From Macrostomum lignano (lineage: Eukaryota): a stretch of 64,000 bases of DNA. The translations under genes were made by a program, and so were the position numbers. How positions within the stretch are numbered: position 1 is the stretch's first letter; the number at the start of each line of letters is the position of its first letter. The DNA lies in NCBI GenBank assembly GCA_002269645.1, contig NIVC01000376.1, positions 663,598 to 727,597 of the forward strand, given 5' to 3'. Positions 54,331 to 64,000 of this stretch are shown in pieces. The notes beneath the pieces were generated by a model. It saw only the letters and a list, made by a program, of their open reading frames with translations. It was not told where the DNA came from and ran no database searches.

Positions 54331-55612
54331 CATCGCATCCAATCTCGTCCCCATTAGCGTCAGGCTGCAGCATCGCAAGCCGCAGGCGCAGCTCGGCCAC
54401 CTCGGACCGCAGGCCGGCCACCAGACCCGGACTCGACCCGCACGCCTCGCAGACGTCACCACAAACCTTGGCGGCATCAACATCCTTCTCATTCTCATCA
54501 GCCGCCGCCTCATCGAGCAGCTGGCGTCGCAGGCGCAGCAGCAGCAGCCTGACTCCGGCCACCTCCTGGCAGAGCCCGCGAACGTCCGGCAGCGTGAGCG
54601 GCGACGTCGCCGCCGGATCCGCCGTTGCCATGGCGACGTGGGAAGGAGACGTCGAAGCGGAGGAGTGCCGTCGGAGCTCCCAGAGACGCGGAGGCGGCGG
54701 CGGCGGCTCCTCATCATCGTTGCTGTCGATTTGACTGGGGAGTAAAATTGGAAGAATGGGGATTTAACTGAGCTGAAGAGAAACATGACGGCTAAAGGAT
54801 AAATATTGAGGGCTGACAATGCCCCTAACACTATACATTAAACGGTAGTGACGACAATTAGAAATGACGCAATGGGATGAGTGCCAGAATAATATTAATG
54901 GATGGGAAAATGGGGATGGGGATGGGAAAATGGAAGATAGGGATGGGGAAATTGAATATAGGGATGGGGAAATGGGAGATGGGGATGGGAAAATTGAAGA
55001 TAGGGATGGGGAAATGAATATAGGGATGGGGAAATTGAATATAGGGATGGGGAAATGGGAGATGGGGATGTGGAAATGGAAGATAGGGATGGGGAAATGG
55101 GAGATGGGGATGTGGAAATGGAATGTGGGGATGAGGAAATGGAAGATGGAGATGGGAAAATAACAAGTGGGGATGGGGAAACAGAGGAAAATGATGTTTG
55201 GAAGACAAGCATGTAAAACATCTCTAAGAAAATATAATACCATAGTCAGAGTGAAAGGCATGCACTGAGCGTGCTGGATATTGTTGCAGAGTTTTACATC
55301 TGTTTGTGCAAGTGTCTTCTAATAAGAATTCAAAAAATAAATATTATTGCATGTGCAGATTGAAAAGATAGCAAAAACGAAGATAAAAAGCCAGTCCCTG
55401 TGTTTTAGGCAAGTGACAACATGCCAAACAGCAACCATTTGTTACCTGCTTTTAATGTCTGTTCCATCTGCGACAGACCCTGTTGTTAAATAATTAATCA
55501 AAATATTATAATAAATTCATCCAGAACTATTTGTTCAATGGATCAGTGAACTCGGTAAATTTTCTGCCACTTGGAATATTGACACAGGCAGATAAACACA
55601 CCATCGCGCACA

Positions 55613-55645
<33 letters not shown>

Positions 55646-56016
55646 TCAGACAGACAGACAGTCAGTCAGACAGACAGTCAGTCAGACAGTCAGACAGACA
55701 GACAGACAGACAGACAGTCAGACAGACAGACAGACAGAAAGAAGGCAATAAGACAAACAGACAGACAGACAGACAGGCAGACAGACAGATAGACAGACAG
55801 GCAGACAGACAGAGAGACAGGCAGGCAGACAGACAGACAGGCAGGCAGACAGACAGACAGGCAATAAGACAAACAAACAGACAGACAGTCAGACAGACAG
55901 ACAGACAGAAAGAAGGCAATAAGACAAACAGACAGACAGACAGGCAGACAGACAGATAGACAGAAAGGCAGACAGACAGACAGATAGACAGACAGACAGA
56001 CAGAAAGAAGGCAATA

Positions 56017-56050
<34 letters not shown>

Positions 56051-59000
56051 ATAGACAGAAAGGCAGACAGACAGACAGATAGACAGACAGGCAGACAGAC
56101 AGATAGACAGGCAGGCAGACAGACAGACAGACAGGCAGACAGATAGACAGGCAGGCAGACAGATAGACAGACAGGCAGACAGATAGACAGGCAGGCAGAC
56201 AGACAGACAGGCAATAAGACAAACAAACAGACTTTTTATCGCGAACTATTCGTCTGAGCTCTATTCAAGATACAAATTGCAAGAGGCAATCTGGTCCGCG
56301 CAATTTTGCATAGAAATTAACAACTGTAAAGATCTGGATAAGAACAATCAATGATGAAATGATTTTGCAATTTAGTCGAATCCGATTACGAGAATTGAAG
56401 CCATCAATCGGAGGCGTCGCATGCAAGTCGACTGGCAAGGTTTTTCAGCATTGATTTTTTACAGGTCTTAAAGTTAACATTTCGTCTCTAGGTAAAAGTT
56501 CAGTTGATGGTTCAGCAGACACTTAAAGACATTTCATTCGTTTAACATTTGTAGAAAATATAAAAAGAATCCATCGCACAATAACTGTGCGAGATGTAGG
56601 GGTTGTAGCCCAGTGGTCAGAGCGTTGGAATCACGACTTGAAGGTCGGTGGTTCGATTCCCAATCCCACTCGGAACAATTTGTGTCCTTGATCAAGACAC
56701 TTAACTCTGCATTGCTTCAGTTCACCCAGCCTCAAAATGGATGCCAGCATTAGCTGGTGTAACTGAGGCTGTGTGTGGCGACCCCCCCCCCAGTCCTTGG
56801 ACTGAACAGCCGTACGCAGCCTTCAGATGCGCTTCGCAATAGCTGCGGCTGAGCTGTCGGTTGCACATCTGCCTATTAGAACAGGTGCAATCAATTATTA
56901 TTAATTAGTATTATCGAACAGAAAAGTTAGTCCAAAGTTGCAGACATTGGGAAAATTTGAATGACCAAAACTCCATACAACTTTTGCTCATAATTTAATG
57001 ACCGTGTGGACCTGCGTTGAAGCCCCTGATATAGCTACAATCTTCCCGAAGTATTTGATAGTCTGTTAGAGGACTCACAAACGACTCAATTAGGATCTGA
57101 TATAATGAAATAAAACGAGGCATCTGATAGGCCCAGGATAGCCTTGAAGCGATTCACTGAAGGCTTCAGTTAAATTAGGTGATTATCAAATTCAAAAGAA
57201 ATAGGAACTCGAGGCATTGCAATCTTGAAGTTCAATCCAAAATGAACGCACGTCTCAGTCCAGTATCGCCCCATTTTTGCACGTCTGTCATCTCAAAGAG
57301 TCGGTTTTTTATTTTTATTTTTTTTTAAGACAGCTGCTCACACAGAACAGACAGTGCTAGGTACATACTAGGTCGAATGCACTGTACCCCCGATGAAAAC
57401 GTTAACTAGACCAACAAGAGTCGTTGCAGGTAACACACGTGTCGTCAAAAAGTCGTCAAAGAGTCGCCTAAGAGTCAATTTGAGACGTTTTCGGAGCTTG
57501 CGGCTCTGCGGGGAGACACAAATGACTCGGGGGCGCTTCTAAAATGACTCTGGAGCCGCAGAGTCGTATCTGAGACGTGCTAGAGTCGCTGTAGAATCAC
57601 CGAGTTACGTCTAAAGCGCACCTGCGTCACTTTTATGAATTAGAATCTCATCTCGCTTTTTTATATCAGGTCATTTAGTCTACTTAAGTCAGTGGAAAGT
57701 CAAGCGCTAACACAACGGCTCTTGGACGACTTTTTCACGACTCTCCGTCAGATTACAGTTTGTTTTGAGTCGTTAGAAAGTCGCAAGAGTCACCCCAGAG
57801 TTGATAGTCACTAGAGAGTAACTTTTTCTACGGGTACAATGCAAGATCGAAATTGCTTCTAACATGCAACGTAAAAAAACGGACATCCAAACCTAAAGCC
57901 GATACAATTTAGATAGGTGGTGCCGTAAACACGCAAATTTTTTACTGCGAAATCTCGGGATACGTCTCATTTTGACGAATCACATTTCTTGGTCTCGGCT
58001 GAAGTAGAAGGGCACCTACGTCTCACTGTTGAACTGGAGTTTCAGCATTGACGATTTCCACACGTACTATCGCTAATTTCTCATATCCCTTTTATTTTAC
58101 TCCTAAATATTAATATTAATAGCAATAATTGATTACACCTGCCCCAATTGGGCCAGATGTGCAACCGACAGCTCAGCCGCAGCTATTGCGCGGCGCATCT
58201 GAAGGCTGCGTACGGCTGTTCAGTCCTAGGACTGGGGGGTCGCCACACACACCCTCAATTACCCAGCTAATGCTGCCACCCATTTTACAGCTGGGTGAAC
58301 AGAAGCAATGCAGGGTTAAGTAAGTGTTTTGTTTAAGGACATAAATTGTTCCGAGTATGGTTGGGAATCGAACCATCGACCATTAAGTCGTGAGTCCAAC
58401 GCTCTAACCACGAGGCTACAACTGCTAGTGGGGGATTTGTATCCTATTTGTAGCTTTAAGTCTCATTTAAACTCACTCATTAATTCTCAAACACACTCAC
58501 ACTCACCTATCAAAAGTGACGGACTCAAATAATTTAATAGATCCGTGATCATCGTAAGAAGAGGCGCCAATATCGCTGTAGGTGTGCTCAGCCGATGGCG
58601 CAACGGGCACCGAGTTATTGGCACTGTTGTCATCGCCACAGTCCCCAGCCTGGAGAGCGTCCTCATCAGAGTTCAGATCGGCGACTCCGTTCTCACTTAA
58701 AAATGTATCGAAATGAGGCACCTGGCTAAGCGCCCTGGCGTCTGAATTGGCAGCGGGCACACCTACGGCGGCAGTCGGATCCAATGGAGCCTGGTCATCT
58801 TCGCCGCGATCGGAAGTGACACTAAAAAAGCGTTCAAAAATCAGATAAATCAGAGTAGGATTAGCAGACCAAAAAACTACCAGAGTCGCCCCAGAGTCGT
58901 TACAGGTAACACAGGTAACACAGGGAAGAAGGCGACTCTAGAGACGACTCTAAAACGACGAGATGTCACGGTACTACAAGTCGCCTAAGAGCCAATTTGA

Positions 59001-60760
59001 GGCGTTTTCGAAGTCTGAGACTCTGAAAAAACACTGGGGCCGCAGATCTGAGGCGTGCTAGAGTCGCTGTAGAATCGTCTAAAGCGCATTTGTGTCACTT
59101 TATGAATTAGAATCGCAATCAGCCTTTCTATATATTTTTAACTCTATTTAGTCTACTTAAGTTAGTAGAGAGTTGAGCTATTTTTCGCGATTGCTACGAT
59201 TGTACAATACACGACGTGATGCGCTCTCGAGTCGAGAGAGTCACAAGAGAGTTGCTTGTAATGACTCATTAGCAACTCTTGTCTCAGTTTCAAGTTTTAA
59301 AGCTTTACCAAAGACTTACGCGCTGGTCAAAGTTGCCGCCGCTGCTGACTCCTCCTGCTCAAAGCATCCGCCGCCGCTAATAAGAGCGGCTGCTGCAGAC
59401 TCTGCCGCGCCCTCTTCCGCAGACACTGTTATTGGCCGGGCCGCGCGCAGGTAGTGGTCGTCTGGGCAACTGCTGGCCTAGGGATGTGGCAATATGAAGG
59501 TGATCAGGCTAGCTGCAGGTGCGATCAGAATCCCATTAAACACTTGGGGATCAGAGTCCCAATAAACACATGGTGATCAGAATCCCATTAAACACATGGT
59601 GATCAGAGTCCCAATAAACACATGGTGATCAGAGTCCCAATAAGCACATGGTGATCAGAGTCCCAATAAGCACATGGTAATCAGAGTCCCAATAAACACA
59701 TGGTAATCAGAGTCCCAATAAACACATGGTGATCAGAGTCCCAATAAACACATGGTGATCAGAGTCCCAATAAGCACATGGTGATCAGAGTCCCAATAAA
59801 CACATGGTGATCAGAGTCCCATTAAGCACATGGTGATCAGAGTCCCAATAAGCACATGGTGATCAGAGTCCCAATAAGCACATGGTAATCAGAGTCCCAA
59901 TAAACACATGGTGATCAGAGTCCCAATAAACACACAAGGATAAAAATCCTATTAAAGACATGGGGAACAGAATCCCATAAGCACATGGGGATCAGACTCT
60001 CATCAAACAAACGGGGAACAAAATCCCATTTAAACATGGGGATCAAAATCTCATTATACACAATGGGAAACAGAATCCCATTAAGCACATGGGAAACAGA
60101 ATCCCATTAAGCACACGGGGAACAGAATCCCATTAAGCACATGGGAAACAGAATCCCATTAAGCACATGGGAAACAGAATCCCATTAAGCACATGGGAAA
60201 CAGAATCCCATTAAGCACACGGAGAACAGAACCCCATTAAGCACATGGGGATCAGAATCCCATTAAGCACATGGGGATCAGAATCCCATTAAGCACATAG
60301 GGATCAGAATCCCATTAAGCACACGGGGAACAGAATCCCATTAAGCACACGGGGAACAGAATCCCATTAAGCACATAGGGAACAGAATCCCATTAAGCAC
60401 ATGGGGATCAGAATCCCATTAAGCACACAGGGAACAGAATCTCATTAAGCACATTGGGATCAGAATCCCATTAAGCACAATGGGGAACAGAATCCCATCA
60501 AGCACACGGGGATCAGAGTCCCAGCATCAGATACCTGCGATCCATAGACGGCGAGCGGCCAACGCCGCCTTTGCGCCGCTTTCGCCGAGACGACGATCGC
60601 CGACTGCCAACGTCGGGCCAGGCGAGGCCAAAAAATTTCGACGTCGACGAATTTCCCGAATTGGCCGACGTTGGCGGCGGCGCTTCGGCGATTTTCGGTC
60701 GGCGCTGTCGGAGCGATGCGGACTTTTGCGAGAAATGCAGGCGGTCACTAAGCGGTGCAT
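54302..60760 (-). CDS. 3' exons of an unidentified low-complexity/coiled-coil protein gene (weak CCSER-like motif)
   Basis: GT-AG exons ~60760-60536, ~59475-59320, 58821-58507 and 54734-54302. The last three join in phase 2 without stops. LCQEVAGVRLLLLRLRRQLL and LRSEVAELRLRL are coiled-coil-like. The 5' end was not located. Confidence 0.65.
54895..55180. repeat. About 21-bp degenerate repeat (gggatggggaaatggaagata)n
   Basis: Direct reading. Confidence 0.9.
55615..56230. repeat. Compound (CAGA)n microsatellite with duplicated aagaaggcaataagacaaa blocks
   Basis: Direct reading. Confidence 0.96.
56598..56912 (+). mobile_element. tRNA-derived CORE-type SINE (family 1), copy B
   Basis: A box TAGCCCAGTGG (56606-56616), B box GGTTCGATTCC (56650-56660), a CORE-like segment and an ATT-rich tail. 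Confidence 0.9.
57385..57836. mobile_element. MITE-like element with TACCC...GGGTA termini; a diverged second copy lies at ~58870-59270
   Basis: Short imperfect TIR (tacccccgatgaaaa / tttttctacgggta). Internal blocks (gtcgcctaagag, gtgctagagtcgctgtagaatc, tagtctacttaag) are shared with 58870-59270. Confidence 0.7.
58105..58422 (-). mobile_element. tRNA-derived CORE-type SINE (family 1), copy C
   Basis: Colinear with copy A (190-512) in the same orientation. Confidence 0.88.
59525..60515. repeat. 26-bp minisatellite filling an intron; two unit variants segregated left and right
   Basis: Left block gatcagagtcccaataaacacatggt, right block aacagaatcccattaagcacatggga. Confidence 0.96.
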
Positions 60761-60839
60761 TGCTGCAATGATTGCATGCAGAGGTTTGTGCAATTTGTGT
60801 GAACTGCCTGACACTAGCAAAGTAGGAGCGACTCAGCGG

Positions 60840-61010
60840 TGAATGCGCCTGTCTCTCTCGTCACAGACGTGTGCATGATTGCGTCTGCGTACAGTACTGG
60901 CGCGCTTGTGTGTCTGCTTAGGAGTCAGCGGAATGGGCAGAACTGCCTCAGTGAGTCAGTGCTGGTTGCTAAGGACATTGCACCAGGTTGACACAAACTT
61001 CCTGCGAAGA
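60840..61010 (+). mobile_element. Old 3'-half fragment of SINE family 2
   Basis: gcgcgcttgtgtgtctgcttaggagtcagcggaatgggcagaactgcctc matches 38420-38470. Confidence 0.55.
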
Positions 61011-61094
61011 TTAAACTCAATTCAAAGTCATAATCACAAATTCTAGATTTCCCGTTGGCTAGGGTGCCACGCAGAATGACAGACAATTCTACCT

Positions 61095-61406
61095 TTTTTC
61101 AGCTTTCTTTTCTTATCTCATATATCATATCGTCTTTCATCTCTCTCATCTCTGCTCTCGTATCTCGTCTCTCCTCTCTACTATTTTCTCTCCTCTCTCC
61201 TATATCCATTCTTCCCTCCTCTCTCTTCTTCTCTTTCCTCTCTCATCTTTACTCTCATCTCGTCTCTATTCTTTCTACTCTCATATCTCTTAGCTCCTTT
61301 CTCTCTGCTTTCTTATTTTTCCTTTTTTCTCAATCTCTTTTCTCAATCCTCTCTCCTCTCTATTCTCCCCCTCCTCTCACTCCTATCTCTCCTCAGTTCA
61401 CTATTT

Positions 61407-61450
<44 letters not shown>

Positions 61451-61800
61451 CCAGCCCTCTCCCCTCTCTCTCTTCTCTTCTCTAATCTCTTATCTACCGT
61501 CTCTCCTCTCTCCTTGTTTATCTATTATCGTTTCTCTCACTCTCATCTCTCCTCTCTTCTCTCCCATCTTCCCTTTCCTCTCGCTTCTCTCTCCCCTCTC
61601 TTTTCGCTTCTCTCTCATGTCTCTTCTCGTTTCTCTCTCCCTCTCTTCTCGCTTCTCTCTCACCTCTTTTCTTGCTTCTCTCTCACCTCTCTTCTCGCTT
61701 CTCTCCCACCTCTCTTCTCTCTTCTCGCTTCTGTCACATTTTCGCATTTCTCACCCCCCTCTCCCTCTCTCTCTCTTTCTCTCTCTATTTCTCTCCTCAC
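61095..61800. repeat. CT-rich low-complexity tract
   Basis: Direct reading. Confidence 0.93.
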
Positions 61801-64000
61801 CCCTATATTCAACATTCAACAGAAATATTTATAATAATTGTAGATATACTCAATTTCCATAGTCTAGAAAGGGGCCTTTGCTACAAAGCTCCCCACATAT
61901 TTTGCTCTTACTGAGATCTACATCTATTGAGATATTGTTTACAAAGTAAAAAAACTTTTTGCTTAACTAAAAGACAATGTTTGGGAAGTAGGTTAATCCT
62001 TTATACTAAAATACTAACTAATAATTTATTATTGATCTTAGTTAGAATTTGAAATTAGAATTAGATATCTAATAATATAATCTAAAAATAGGCCAGTAAG
62101 GCTTAATTTAATATTTTGAAAATAAAACACACTTAATTTTAACAATGCTCTAAATTGTTCTTAATTTAATTAAGCTGATTGACTTTTTTAGTCTTAAGTG
62201 TCTGACTGTCTCTTATTCGTCAATTTGATTAATGAAATACATTAGCAAATAACAAAGGCAATAATATACAAGGCATAAGTAAATGAGCAGTGAAGTCCTT
62301 CTATTAATTGCAATGATGACTAATTTTGATCGAAATTATGAATGAAAAAATTATTTTAGTATTTATTTCTTATTGCTCTATTTTTTTATCCAAGTCAAAA
62401 AATTGATATTACTTTGCACAATGCTTTGTAAAGCTAGGTAGGCCTATTGCAATATTTTAATTAGATGTCAGACAGAAGTCAGATGAGACATTTCAAAATT
62501 CTAACTAAATAATTTAATTAGGTTTGAAAAAAAGATGTTTTAGTCTTCCTCTTAGACATTTTATCATCAGATCATTTTTTTAGACATCACTTCCTCTTTT
62601 CCTGGGACACAAAAAACCAAATGAGGTACCGACACAGGGACCTACCTAAAAGCACAGCCACTGGCACTGTAAATCAATGTTCTTCCTAAAGCTAAACTAA
62701 GCTAGGACTGCATTCAGCTTGCATCCTGTGCATTGTTTAAAATTAAAACGAATGAATACTGATTCCTGGATAGTTTAGGTTTAAAAAATTTACTTTTGCG
62801 TATTTTTACTATTTTAACCTGCAAATATACAAAAAAACATTATTGCTAAAAATAAATAGAAACTACTAAATGTATTAAAGTGTTACAAAAATACACTTTG
62901 ATTTTGTTTTAAGAGATATTTTCTTAAGAACTTTAAATTGATAACACACACTGTCACAATGTCGAGTCGACGATCCAGCCAAATTATATTTATTAAATTC
63001 CTCCTCACTTTTTAGAATGGAAAAAAATAAAAAGAAACGAAAGCCTTTCGGAGTTTTTCTACTCTGAATAATTTAGAGCTAAAAAGCAAGATTATATTAC
63101 TTTTTTAATTTCAACCCTGCTTTTTCACCACATTTGAATGAGATTTTTTATTTACATATTACAAAAAAGACTTAGGCCTAAGCCTAATGACTTATCGACT
63201 TTCTGGATTTTGTTTAAATTACCATCTTATATGTAAATAATTAATAGGCCAATAAAGTTTAAGTTTAAGTTGCAAAAAATAATAACTGCTTTGGACTTGG
63301 TATTGCTTATTGCTACAAATTGCAGCTTGCTAGAATGCTAGCTAATATATGCCACAACCACATGCTGATCAATGCTTAAATATAAGCAAAAGAGAAGCAA
63401 ATCATTTTCTATGAAATAAATTAGGATAAAGCACTAAGAAAATAGGCTAATTAGAAGTAGGGGCCTTAGTAAGTAGGCCTAGGATAGGCTTAAGATTATT
63501 AGATAGGCCTTATTAGGCCTAGGCCTAATAGGCCTAAGCCTATTCAATTAGTATAAAAGTTGTAATAGTGTTTAATGTCTATTCTATCCTAAAAGCTAAT
63601 ACCAAGTTGTTACAAGGGCCTAGGACCTAGGGGTTATTTTTGTTATTTCAAATTATTAGGCCTAATACTTTTTGAACTAATCTTTGCAGTCTATTATTAT
63701 TATGTATATGATAGGTCTTTTGCAATGTAGTACTTTTAATATACTTTTAATATTATATTAGCCCCCTATATATTAATGGCATATTATATAAAATTTATTG
63801 CATAATATGTATTATTTATATTAGCCTAAGTGGTTTTGTAGGGCCTAGTGTAATATTTTATTGTATCTTATGATTTTTTTAATAAAGATTTCTTTTAGTC
63901 TAGGCAATAGACATTAATGAAATTAGATCGTCATGGTTTACACTTAGATTGATTTTGCTCTCTAAAGCAGGTTCTTGAATTCTTATTCTAGTCTGGGTTT

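Noticed and set aside
56598-56675. Apparent tRNA genes (also near 430-512, 38181 and 45896)
   Set aside because: They have A/B boxes but no clean cloverleaf, and continue into shared SINE bodies and tails.
61800-64000. AT-rich end of the window with recurring aggcct/taggcc motifs
   Set aside because: No ORF, RNA gene or definable repeat unit; probably intronic or intergenic decayed repeat.

Overview
Eukaryotic, intron-containing invertebrate DNA. GC-rich exons in AT-rich, satellite-filled introns, an NPF-type precursor and an RNW-type orphan GPCR suggest a free-living flatworm such as Macrostomum (inference). All gene models were spliced by hand from GT-AG sites and reading frame. Genes: (1) an NTE/PNPLA6-7-like gene (-) whose patatin catalytic motifs look degenerate; (2) an intronless neuropeptide precursor (-) encoding two tandem NPY/NPF-like peptides; (3) a 4-exon DEG/ENaC subunit (-) ending about 1.3 kb before that precursor's start codon, with RG in place of HG and GLT in place of GxS; (4) FOXRED2 (+); (5) a decayed class A GPCR; (6) a 6-exon tetraspanin (+); (7) an intact intronless orphan class A GPCR (-); (8) the 3' part of an unidentified coiled-coil gene (-). 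Mobile DNA: two RNase H-bearing LINE families, a CORE-type tRNA-SINE (3 copies), a second tRNA-SINE (about 6 copies, one with an exact 12-bp TSD), THAP and Tc1/IS630-like relics, and MITEs. About ten different minisatellites and several long microsatellites are present, many filling single introns. Best leads: the two-peptide NPF precursor beside an atypical DEG/ENaC, and the apparent pseudoenzyme NTE paralog. No functional tRNA, rRNA or CRISPR array was found.
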